22,519 nt of DNA. Origin: Promethearchaeota archaeon. Its GTDB lineage: Archaea; Asgardarchaeota; Hermodarchaeia; Hermodarchaeales; Hermodarchaeaceae. The stretch is taken from contig JBHLMI010000009.1 of assembly GCA_048938295.1 (NCBI GenBank), forward strand, positions 1 through 22,519. The letters are read 5' to 3'. Below, in pieces: positions 6,032 to 14,555 of the stretch. The stretch's first letter is position 1. Every line of letters begins with the position of its first letter. The position numbers were made by a program, and so were the translations under genes. The notes beneath the pieces were generated by a model, which saw only the letters and a list, made by a program, of their open reading frames with translations, did no database searches and had not been told where the DNA came from.

Positions 6032-7071
6032 AATTAGCCATGGATGAGCAGGTCGTCGAACAGAAAAAGAAGGTCCCTGTGTATCATGGCACCGAGAGAT
6101 ATGCTCGTCAATTACTCCTTAATGAATGGAATCAAGAAAAGCTCTCAGAGTCAACTGTTGTTGTAGCCGGTATGGGAGCATTAGGCACAATCATTGCCTT
6201 GGATTTGGTTCTCACTGGAGTCGGCAAGGTCGTATTAATTGACTTTGATACAATCGAATTATCAAATCTAAGTCGTCAATTCTTATATCATGACGAAGAT
6301 GTAGGTAAAGCAAAGGCTGTCGTTGCGGGCCAACGGCTTCGTGAAATGAACCCAGATGTACAGGTACTTGCTTTAAATTGCACAATTCAGGATGTGCGTC
6401 ACTCCATATATGAGGAGGCGGACTTGATTGTTGAGGGGCTTGATACCTTTGAAGCCCGACGATGGCTAAACTCACTTTGCGTCCAGAAGAACAAGGTCCT
6501 CATCCATGGTGGCATGTATGGTTGGTGGGGGAATGTTCAACGTGTAGTTCCCTTCGAAACCGCCTGTTTGGAATGCCAACCACTGGTGCCTGCTGAACGC
6601 CTACAAAAAGCTTGTACACCTCCAGGAAAACGTAGAAAAGTAGAAGAACCACTGCCTAAGTTCCCCGCACTCCTGAGCGTCGCCACCATAATAGCAGGAA
6701 TTCAGTTTCAAGAAGCTTTGAAACAACTTCTAAGGGTAGGATCGCCTCTTGACAATTACCTCTTTTATGACAGTCTTCACCAGCAGTTCACAATTCTGAA
6801 ACTCGCCCGTAACCCCAATTGCTTTTTGTGTAGCGATCGATTCCGCCTGGAAGGGGAAATATACGCAATAGGGCGGAAAGAGACTGTGGCAGAATTGAAA
6901 AACAGATTAATCATGACCTTTGGAATGCAAGATCCCAAGATTATCTTGCGTGGAAAAGTCTTATTTGACGAACAGGTCTTTGGAAAACTCCGGATGAAGG
7001 ACAAAGAACCACTTTTCATCATTGATACTGCATTAGCACAACCGTTGAAACTGCTAGCTGTCTTTAAATAA
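6028..7071 (+). CDS. Ubiquitin-activating enzyme E1 (ThiF/UBA adenylation domain, catalytic Cys, C-terminal ubiquitin-like domain)
   Basis: RYARQ, GMGALG, DFDTIELSNLSRQFLY, GKAKA, Zn-binding CLEC and CFLC, putative catalytic Cys in KACT. Start overlaps the E2 stop codon (ATGA). Confidence 0.93.
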   Translation: MKLAMDEQVVEQKKKVPVYHGTERYARQLLLNEWNQEKLSESTVVVAGMGALGTIIALDLVLTGVGKVVLIDFDTIELSNLSRQFLYHDEDVGKAKAVVAGQRLREMNPDVQVLALNCTIQDVRHSIYEEADLIVEGLDTFEARRWLNSLCVQKNKVLIHGGMYGWWGNVQRVVPFETACLECQPLVPAERLQKACTPPGKRRKVEEPLPKFPALLSVATIIAGIQFQEALKQLLRVGSPLDNYLFYDSLHQQFTILKLARNPNCFLCSDRFRLEGEIYAIGRKETVAELKNRLIMTFGMQDPKIILRGKVLFDEQVFGKLRMKDKEPLFIIDTALAQPLKLLAVFK

Positions 7072-7822
7072 TCGGAATAACGGTCAACCGGACTAAAATC
7101 GCTACAACGACGAAAAAAAGAGTAACACTCATTGTGATGAGTAGGGCTGTCGCTGAAGGCATCCGATAGCCTTCTCGGATTCCTAATGATAAAATCAGAG
7201 CACCCCATAAGATAGCAATGCTGGCAAGTGCGTATACTACTAGCCATATAGGATGAAGGTACAAAATCGTCATGTTTGCCCAGGTAGTGGGGAGAAGACC
7301 GACAGAGAGCAGTCCAAAGGAGAGAAGGTTCACAAGAAGAAATGGAAAGAGCGCATACTGTCCCATGAGAAAGGTTTTCGAGAAATCCCCCTCATGACCT
7401 GAATAGTTAATTATTACATGTATGATTCCGAAATACACCAGGTTCAAGAGCAGGTATAACAACGACAGAATCGCAAATACTCCGACAAACCCGTACAAGA
7501 GCAGGGAGCTAGCATCACTAACGTGTAGCGCCATGGCAACATACCAAAGCGAGATGACTCCAAGATTGCCCAAGAAGATCAATGCAGGTCCGCGAGTGTC
7601 TGTGTCGTGTGCAATGTCCCAAAACGTTATGGAAGGAAAGCGAATCACACCCCAGAGTCGCTGCCTTAGAGTTAGTCGGCTTTCCCATTGTTGCTCGGGA
7701 CGTTTCATAAAAGGAAGGATGCGTTCGAACTGCTCCGTCCGAATTCGATATCCACACTGGGGGCAGACGGCGTCTTGGGATTCCAACTGGATAAGGCACT
7801 CAGGGCACCGGAGTTTGGACAT
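7064..7822 (-). CDS. Yip1-domain multi-pass membrane protein with N-terminal zinc ribbon
   Basis: CPEC..CPQC, then RLWGVIRFPSITFWDIA (typical Yip1 N-terminal motif) and about five hydrophobic segments. Confidence 0.7.
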   Translation of the reverse strand: MSKLRCPECLIQLESQDAVCPQCGYRIRTEQFERILPFMKRPEQQWESRLTLRQRLWGVIRFPSITFWDIAHDTDTRGPALIFLGNLGVISLWYVAMALHVSDASSLLLYGFVGVFAILSLLYLLLNLVYFGIIHVIINYSGHEGDFSKTFLMGQYALFPFLLVNLLSFGLLSVGLLPTTWANMTILYLHPIWLVVYALASIAILWGALILSLGIREGYRMPSATALLITMSVTLFFVVVAILVRLTVIPII

Positions 7823-8070
7823 AGAGTAGACACACCCGTTATCAGAACCTCGTAGAGGAGGCTTATTTGCTTTCGGTTCGCCGGGTTTGGCGAAACCTTT
7901 AAGTTAGGAGCCTTCAATCTTCTCTGCGAAGTGATCCCCGTGTGGTATGACTTTCTCCCAAACAATTAATTCTCTGCAAAAAGCTAACTACCCCAGATTA
8001 TGGAGGGGATCGCGACGAAAAAGAATCCTTTTGAAGGTAAACTCTTGCAACCTAGGGGAGGTTCGATACA

Positions 8071-10965
8071 ATGATTGATTCTAAAGAGATTGAGCCAAAG
8101 TGGCAAATGCGATGGCGCGAAGCTCAGGCATTTGAAGCAGATCCTAATCCACAACGCCCTAAATTTTATCTAACTGTTCCTTACCCGTATGCCAACGCAC
8201 CGATGCACGTGGGACACGGTCGAACCTATACAATCGGGGATATTATTGCTCGATACAAACGCATGCGTGGTTTCAATGTTCTGTGGCCTATGGCGGCCCA
8301 TGTAACTGGAACGCCTGTAGCAGGAGTGGCAAAACGAATCCGAGACAAAGACCCAGTCATTTTGAAAGAATATCGCACCAGTATTGGATTTTATCGACCA
8401 AAGAAAGACATTGAATCGGTATTGGCAACCTTTACGGACTTGAAAGCCATTGCACAATTTTTTACCAATGTCTTTGAAAGCGACTTCCGAAAACTAGGCT
8501 ATTCAATTGATTGGCGGCGCAAATTCACCACAGACGATCCCGAATACCACGCCTTCGTAACCTGGCAGTTCATCAACCTGCAGAAACTCGGATATATTAC
8601 CAAGGGTAAATATCCCATCCTCTATTGTGTGTCCTGCGGAAACGCCGTTGGCGAAGATGACTTACTGAAAGGCGAAACTGCAAAAGTAGCCGAGTTTGTG
8701 GCAATTAAATTCCCCTTCGAAGATGGATTCTTAGTTGCAGCAACTCTACGCCCAGAAACAGTATACGGCGTAACTAATGTCTGGATCAATCCAGCGGGCG
8801 ATTATTCGAAAATACAGGTTGACGAAGAAATCTGGTATGTATCTAAACCTGCAGTCCGAAAACTGGTAAACCAAGGCTACCGTTCAAAACGAATAGAGGA
8901 AATCCCTGGAATGGAATTCATCGGAAAGACCTGCAAATCACCAGTTGACGAGCGAGAGCTATTAATTCTACCAGCTGAATTTGTGGATCCTGACAATGGC
9001 ACCGGAATCGTTTACAGTGTTCCCTCTCACGCCCCATTCGACTGGATCGCACTACATGATATCCAGCAGACAAAATCCGCAATTCACGGTTTCAAACTCG
9101 ATTTTGATGCTATAAAAGCAATCGAACCTATCTCCATCATTACAATCGAAGGTTATAGCGAACACCCAGCCATCGAGTTAACTGAGAGAATGAAAATTAA
9201 GAACCAAAAAGCAACTGCAAAACTTGACGAAGCTACAGAGACGCTCTACAAAGCAGAGTACTATCAAGGCATCATGAAAAGTAATACGGGACCATTTGCT
9301 GATCGAAAAGTGAGCGATATCAAAGAAGAGGTCATTAACTATCTTGAAAATCAAGGGCGAGCTTTTCGATTCTATCAACCTGACCAGAAACCGGTCATCT
9401 GCCGATGCGGAAATGAAGTCGTTGTTGCAGTCTTGCCAGATCAGTGGTTTCTCAACTATGGCAATCCTGAATGGAAAGCAAAAGCAACAAAGGCTTTAGA
9501 CCAAATGCTCATTTATCCTGAGGTGTATCGTAAGCTATTCGAATCCACCTTTGATTGGTTAAAACAGCGTCCAGCAGCACGAAAACGTGGTTTGGGAACC
9601 AGATTACCCTTTGACCGAAAATGGGTCATTGAATCGCTTTCTGACTCGACAATCTACATGCTTTTCTACCTCATTATCGCTCATATCAGAGCTAACCAAA
9701 TAACGGCCCAGCAATTGGATTTAGCTTTCTTTGATTATGTTCTATTAGGAGAAGGGGCAATTGATAAGGTCGCTGAAAAAACTGGAATTCCCGAAGAAAC
9801 ACTTACAGCAATGCGATCAGAGGTCGAGTATTGGTATCCTAACGATCAACGACACACAGCGGTAGGACACATAACCAATCATCTTTCCTTCTTTATCTTC
9901 CACCATGCCGCATTATTCCCTGAACGATACTGGCCAAAAGCAATTACGATCAATGAATATGTTATTCATCAGGGTGAGAAGATGAGTAAAAGCAAGGGTA
10001 ATTTCATACCCATGGCTGATATTCCAAAACGGTATGGTGCAGATCTTTACCGCCTTTATATTACCCAAATAGGAGATCTACAAGCTCTTGTCGATTGGAA
10101 GGAGAAGGATGTTACCACCATACAACGTCGCATCAAACGGTTGACTAACATTCTGGAAGAAGGTGCAAAAATCCCTGAAATCACACTAGCTGAAACAAAA
10201 CTGAGCCTGATGAGCCGCTGGATTCTCTCAAGAATCAACACTGCAATCCAAAGGGCAACTGAAGCATTAGAACAGATGCACCTCCGAACGTATGCGATAG
10301 AAACGTTCTTTCAACTACTAGCGAATGTCGAATTCTATTTGCGGCGTATGAAGAAAAACAGTACCGAATATAATGCCGTCTTACGTTATATTGTCATTCG
10401 ATGGGTGAAATTACTCGCCCCAATCATGCCTCATTTAAGCGAAGAGATCTGGGAACAACTAGGCAGCATTTCATTCGTCTCTCTTGAAGCCTGGCCAACA
10501 TCCGAAGAACAATTCATCGATGAAAAAATCGAGAAAGCAATGGACGTCGTGCAACATACCATTTCAGACATCAAAGAAATCAAAAAATTGCTAAAAGGAA
10601 AAGATGTGAGCACTGTTCAGATTTTTATCAGCCCTAGTTGGAAGTACACGGCATTGAAGAAAGTGACGAAAGCTAAAGCAGCCCCCACAGTTCAGGAGTT
10701 AATGCCGATTTTAATGAAGGATGCCAAATTCAAGAAACGTGGAAAGGAGGTCAATGAGCTAGTTCAAGCCATTGCCAAGGCAGGAGGGTTTTGGACATTC
10801 GTTGATAAAACAACGGAAACCACGGCACTTTCTGAAAACCGTGACCTAATTGAGTCAGAAACTGGATTTAAAGTGAACATTCAAGATGGCGACAAACCCG
10901 TTAAGGATCCGGAAAACCGGGCACCAAAAGCGTTACCAGGCCGTCCAGCGCTCTTCTTAGAGTAA
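8071..10965 (+). CDS. leuS: Leucyl-tRNA synthetase, archaeal/eukaryotic type
   Basis: PYPYANAPMHVGH (HIGH motif), KMSKSKGN, CP1 editing motifs ATLRPETVYG and GTGIVYSVPSHAPFD, IESLSDSTIY, archaeal C-terminal PGRPA. Confidence 0.97.
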   Translation: MIDSKEIEPKWQMRWREAQAFEADPNPQRPKFYLTVPYPYANAPMHVGHGRTYTIGDIIARYKRMRGFNVLWPMAAHVTGTPVAGVAKRIRDKDPVILKEYRTSIGFYRPKKDIESVLATFTDLKAIAQFFTNVFESDFRKLGYSIDWRRKFTTDDPEYHAFVTWQFINLQKLGYITKGKYPILYCVSCGNAVGEDDLLKGETAKVAEFVAIKFPFEDGFLVAATLRPETVYGVTNVWINPAGDYSKIQVDEEIWYVSKPAVRKLVNQGYRSKRIEEIPGMEFIGKTCKSPVDERELLILPAEFVDPDNGTGIVYSVPSHAPFDWIALHDIQQTKSAIHGFKLDFDAIKAIEPISIITIEGYSEHPAIELTERMKIKNQKATAKLDEATETLYKAEYYQGIMKSNTGPFADRKVSDIKEEVINYLENQGRAFRFYQPDQKPVICRCGNEVVVAVLPDQWFLNYGNPEWKAKATKALDQMLIYPEVYRKLFESTFDWLKQRPAARKRGLGTRLPFDRKWVIESLSDSTIYMLFYLIIAHIRANQITAQQLDLAFFDYVLLGEGAIDKVAEKTGIPEETLTAMRSEVEYWYPNDQRHTAVGHITNHLSFFIFHHAALFPERYWPKAITINEYVIHQGEKMSKSKGNFIPMADIPKRYGADLYRLYITQIGDLQALVDWKEKDVTTIQRRIKRLTNILEEGAKIPEITLAETKLSLMSRWILSRINTAIQRATEALEQMHLRTYAIETFFQLLANVEFYLRRMKKNSTEYNAVLRYIVIRWVKLLAPIMPHLSEEIWEQLGSISFVSLEAWPTSEEQFIDEKIEKAMDVVQHTISDIKEIKKLLKGKDVSTVQIFISPSWKYTALKKVTKAKAAPTVQELMPILMKDAKFKKRGKEVNELVQAIAKAGGFWTFVDKTTETTALSENRDLIESETGFKVNIQDGDKPVKDPENRAPKALPGRPALFLE

Positions 10966-10969
10966 CTTA

Positions 10970-11161
10970 TTAGGCAACACGCCGACCAAATTGCTGAACT
11001 TGCTCCTCACCTTCATTCAAGGAAAACTCATGTTGGCAACGAGGGCACTTAGCAAAACCACATTTCCCCAAAGTTGCCGAGGGACAACTACCACAGGCCA
11101 TTATGCGACCATAACTAGTGTCGAATTGAAAACCACATTGAGGACATGTAACAACCGTCAT
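10970..11161 (-). CDS. Small Cys-rich putative metal-binding protein
   Basis: 63 aa from ATG 11161 with seven Cys (CPQC, CGSC, C, CPRC). Lies directly downstream of the metal-binding lipoprotein-family gene. Confidence 0.65.
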   Translation of the reverse strand: MTVVTCPQCGFQFDTSYGRIMACGSCPSATLGKCGFAKCPRCQHEFSLNEGEEQVQQFGRRVA

Positions 11162-11217
11162 CTTTGAATCGACTTCGAGGCATCCTTCCCAAACTGTGTA
11201 AAAAGGATTTCGGACAG

Positions 11218-12288
11218 TTAGTCCCGTGCGCGAGAACAACGAATTAACAGAACAAGTTCGATAATAACCAGAAAGGCAAGCACTGCAGCTAAGATGATGA
11301 CTGGCATACTAATCGAAAGGAAATCTGCGGCGGGGGGAATACCCACACTGACGCCGGTAGTGATGACACCGATATTATAAGCCATTATTCCCACATAATC
11401 TTCGAGTATGGAAAATATGGCACGTATCCATACTAGTGGAACCCCAGAGTCAGCTGAAAGTTGCTGAGCAAATTCACCAGCAGCTTGAAGTTGGGCGACA
11501 TCAGAAGCTAATATGAGATCGATTGATCCATTTCGTAATGTCTGTTCAACAGCTAAGAGTTCAGGACCTGAAATGAAGACGTTTTCACTTTCCATTAGCA
11601 ACCCCTTAACTTGGAGACCTAGGGTTTCGGCTATGTAGGCTTCTGCAGGAAAGGTAATAATCACTTTCTTGTTGGACAGCTGATACAACAGGTTCTGTTC
11701 CGAAACAAAGGTTTCAAAATCAGAGACTTTGGTGACAAACTCTGTGAACCGGTTTTCCCAATATTGCGTGTACGTCGAGTTTAGCGAGGCGCAAAGGTTA
11801 CGTGTCGCATTGGCAATAGCTATGGCATTTTGAGGTAGAAGCCAGTACCCATGCAGGTTTTCGTTTTGATCATGCTGTTGACTGCTAAGAAATAATGGGG
11901 ATTGAACACTTACATGCCCAAATAGTGGAAGAAGCATGGCACCAAAATTTTCATAATCCCCCAAGGTGACATACGGCTTTCCGACTTGTGTCGCGAGTTC
12001 TTCTTCCCAGTTAAAATGCCCGGTTAAGACTAGCATATCTGCAGCATTTGCTGCATCAATAACTGATTGGGTAAGTGAGAAGGCGTGTGGTTCAATACCT
12101 TCAGGAAGCAGAACAGCAACATCAGCCTGCACACCACCAACTTCTCGAACAATCCCAGCTAGAGGTTGTATGGAAACGGCTATACGCAGCGCTGGAGGTG
12201 ATTGGGCGGAGGTGTTAGGGAAACCACCAATTACTCCGAAGGTTACCAATAGGATTCCAAAAACCACTACTAATTGCTTTTCTCGCAT
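11218..12288 (-). CDS. Zn/Mn-type ABC transporter substrate-binding protein (ZnuA/PsaA family) with C-terminal membrane anchor
   Basis: N-terminal hydrophobic signal, SIQPLAGIVREVGG, GIEPH, NLHGYWL, hydrophobic C-terminal helix. ATG 12288 follows a GTGAT RBS-like motif. Confidence 0.85.
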   Translation of the reverse strand: MREKQLVVVFGILLVTFGVIGGFPNTSAQSPPALRIAVSIQPLAGIVREVGGVQADVAVLLPEGIEPHAFSLTQSVIDAANAADMLVLTGHFNWEEELATQVGKPYVTLGDYENFGAMLLPLFGHVSVQSPLFLSSQQHDQNENLHGYWLLPQNAIAIANATRNLCASLNSTYTQYWENRFTEFVTKVSDFETFVSEQNLLYQLSNKKVIITFPAEAYIAETLGLQVKGLLMESENVFISGPELLAVEQTLRNGSIDLILASDVAQLQAAGEFAQQLSADSGVPLVWIRAIFSILEDYVGIMAYNIGVITTGVSVGIPPAADFLSISMPVIILAAVLAFLVIIELVLLIRCSRARD

Positions 12289-12342
12289 AGCAATCACATC
12301 CTTGTGGGCATTATGAAAGGTTATTAACTTCTATGCCATTTC

Positions 12343-12365
12343 TTATTAATCCCGAATATTAATAA
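12343..12365. promoter_or_regulatory. Inverted repeat TTATTAAT-N7-ATTAATAA in the divergent promoter; candidate operator or back-to-back TATA elements
   Basis: Exact 8-bp inverted repeat. TTATTAAC also occurs at 12321 and 12380 in this AT-rich intergenic region. Confidence 0.35.
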
Positions 12366-12409
12366 TCTTATTGGTATTTTTATTAACAGTAACGCCCTAC
12401 GGTGATTCT

Positions 12410-12802
12410 ATGTCCATAATTAGTATTTCAGTAAACGAACAAGATCTGCAAACGCTCGACCATTTACAATCATCAGGAGGCTTTGCCAATCGTTCAGAAC
12501 TATTTCGCCAAGCTGTTCGGACGTTAGCCAGCGAGCTCCAAGAGATTGAGACCATCACCGGCAAAGTATCCGCCGTAATAACAATCGTATATGGAAAGAA
12601 AGGAAAGGGCATTGAGAGCAACTTTCTCCTTCACCGCCAGGCAAGCCTCATTGACGCTTTACTCCACTCTCACACGGTAAACGGCGAGTGCGTGGAAGTT
12701 GTCGTAGTGAACGGCCCAGCTAGCGAAGTGCGTGAGTTGGTGAGAACGCTGAAGGGAAACCGAAAAATCGTCCAGGTAAAAGTAGCCATTATTGGAGTGT
12801 AG
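12410..12802 (+). CDS. nikR: NikR-family ribbon-helix-helix metal-responsive regulator
   Basis: N-terminal RHH (IISISV...NRSELFRQAV), ACT-like C-domain with His, HSH and ECVE matching NikR H76/H87/H89/C95. GGTGAT RBS before ATG 12410. Confidence 0.85.
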   Translation: MSIISISVNEQDLQTLDHLQSSGGFANRSELFRQAVRTLASELQEIETITGKVSAVITIVYGKKGKGIESNFLLHRQASLIDALLHSHTVNGECVEVVVVNGPASEVRELVRTLKGNRKIVQVKVAIIGV

Positions 12803-12809
12803 ATAACCG

Positions 12810-13616
12810 ATGGCAACAACTCCTTTGATCGAAGCTGAACATTTAGCAGTGAAATACCCCAACGGCGACCTCGCCCTTGAGGATGTCACCTTTTCAATTG
12901 ATCCTTCAACATTTATGGCTATTATCGGACCGAACGGATCAGGAAAAACTACGCTTTTAAAGACAATGCTCGGCCTGCTTAAGCCTACCGAAGGGTCACT
13001 TCGAGTCATGGGTCTGGATACTAGGAAGGCATATCGTAAAATTCGGCACATGGTTCGGTATCTGCCACAGCGTGACGAAATTGAAGCAACAGTTCCAATG
13101 AAGGTCAAAGACATCGTATTGATGGGGCGACTCTTGAAGAAGCCTCCATTACGTTTGGCTTCTAAGAAGGATGTAGATTTTGCTAAAGACGCATTACGAC
13201 GCGTTGATTTAATGGATCTTTGGAACCATCCGTTTCCTGAATTGTCTGGAGGACAACGCCAGAGAGTACTAGTGGCACGAGCTTTAGCCGCAGAAGGACA
13301 AATAATGATGCTTGATGAACCGATGTCAGGGGCAGACCATGATAGTCAGGTGAAAATCGTTGAAGCCCTCAAAGAGTACTATGATGAAAACCAAGTTAAC
13401 ATCATCATGGTGACCCATGATCTGAATCCAATCCACACTGTGGTAAAAGATGTTCTTATGCTGAATCGTAGGGTCATGGGAATTGGACACCCCTGCGCAG
13501 TCATGGACCTTGAACTCTTGAAACAGGTCTATGGACCCACAGCAAAAATCGTCGAAATGGCAGGACACAAATACTGCATAACAGGTGACTCGGGGTTCGA
13601 CCGCCATGATCATTGA
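12810..13616 (+). CDS. Metal ABC transporter ATPase (ZnuC/MntA family)
   Basis: GPNGSGKT, YLPQ, LSGGQRQR, LDEP, VTHDL; His/Cys-containing C-terminal tail. Confidence 0.93.
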   Translation: MATTPLIEAEHLAVKYPNGDLALEDVTFSIDPSTFMAIIGPNGSGKTTLLKTMLGLLKPTEGSLRVMGLDTRKAYRKIRHMVRYLPQRDEIEATVPMKVKDIVLMGRLLKKPPLRLASKKDVDFAKDALRRVDLMDLWNHPFPELSGGQRQRVLVARALAAEGQIMMLDEPMSGADHDSQVKIVEALKEYYDENQVNIIMVTHDLNPIHTVVKDVLMLNRRVMGIGHPCAVMDLELLKQVYGPTAKIVEMAGHKYCITGDSGFDRHDH

Positions 13617-14457
13617 TGCCTTTTACCTCATTCTGACCTCACCTATTATTCAACGTGCATTGATCGCGTCCATTCTGGTAGCGATTATTGCAGCTACATC
13701 CGGGACCTTCATGGTATTCCGTGGATTATCATTTCTCACTGCAGGCGTTGCGCATGCCGCGCTGGGAGGAGTAGCTTTAGCGTTGTTTTTGCAGGCTACA
13801 GCTATTGCACCATGGTTTGATCCGATTTTAGGAGCTGTCATTTTTGCAGTCTTTGTCGCTGTGCTAACTGCTTATGCAGGTGAACGAGGAGTTTCCCAAA
13901 AAATGGAAGTGGCTGTGGGGGTCTCCTTTGCGCTTTCCATGAGCATCGCTGTATTTTTGATGTACTATTTACCCCCCACGCTGGTTCCCGTCATCTGGGG
14001 ATATTTAATCGGAGATATCCTTCTATTGGACAACTTGGACATCGTCCTTTTACTGGGGGTTGCTCTATCCCTTGTAACCCTTTTCACCCTCTTCAAGAAA
14101 GAATTCGTATACATCAGTATTGATATGGAAGGATCAACCGCGCATGGTATGAACGCACGAGCCTACAACTATCTCCTCCTGATATTCGCGGCTATCGCCA
14201 TTGCCCTAACCATAAAGGCAGTGGGGGCAATTCTCGTTTATGCCATTCTCATTGCGCCTGCTGCTGCTTCAAATGAAGTGATGAAGACAGTCAACAACGT
14301 CATTATTGGCACCTTCGTCTTGGCACTCGTAGCGATGTTTCTTGGGCTAGCGGGTTCATTTAATCTCAATGCCTCGCCCAGCGCAATTGCAGGAATTATC
14401 GCTGCCCTCTCCTATATCATCGCAATTCAAGTGAAGCGATACATGCGGTCAAAATAG
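13606..14457 (+). CDS. Metal ABC transporter permease (ABC-3, ZnuB/MntB family)
   Basis: FLTAGVAHAALGG, YLIGDIL, KAVGAILVYAILIAPAA; multiple TM segments. Overlaps the ATPase stop. Confidence 0.93.
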   Translation: MIIDAFYLILTSPIIQRALIASILVAIIAATSGTFMVFRGLSFLTAGVAHAALGGVALALFLQATAIAPWFDPILGAVIFAVFVAVLTAYAGERGVSQKMEVAVGVSFALSMSIAVFLMYYLPPTLVPVIWGYLIGDILLLDNLDIVLLLGVALSLVTLFTLFKKEFVYISIDMEGSTAHGMNARAYNYLLLIFAAIAIALTIKAVGAILVYAILIAPAAASNEVMKTVNNVIIGTFVLALVAMFLGLAGSFNLNASPSAIAGIIAALSYIIAIQVKRYMRSK

Positions 14458-14555
14458 TTACACTGAATCCCCTTAAATTGCAGTTCATGTATAAAATCGG
14501 TTTTACCACGTTTAATAAATCGTGCTGCCTGTTAGTTCTTTGGAGAGATGAGTTT

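Noticed and set aside
1-7071. Absence of ESCRT-III and a deubiquitinase as a biological feature
   Set aside because: The window starts inside vps4, so these genes may lie just upstream or elsewhere; absence cannot be claimed.
7875-7897. Small hairpin GGTTCGCC-GGGTTT-GGCGAAACC upstream of leuS/yip1
   Set aside because: Short, bulged and isolated; no tRNA cloverleaf, T-box or other RNA family features.
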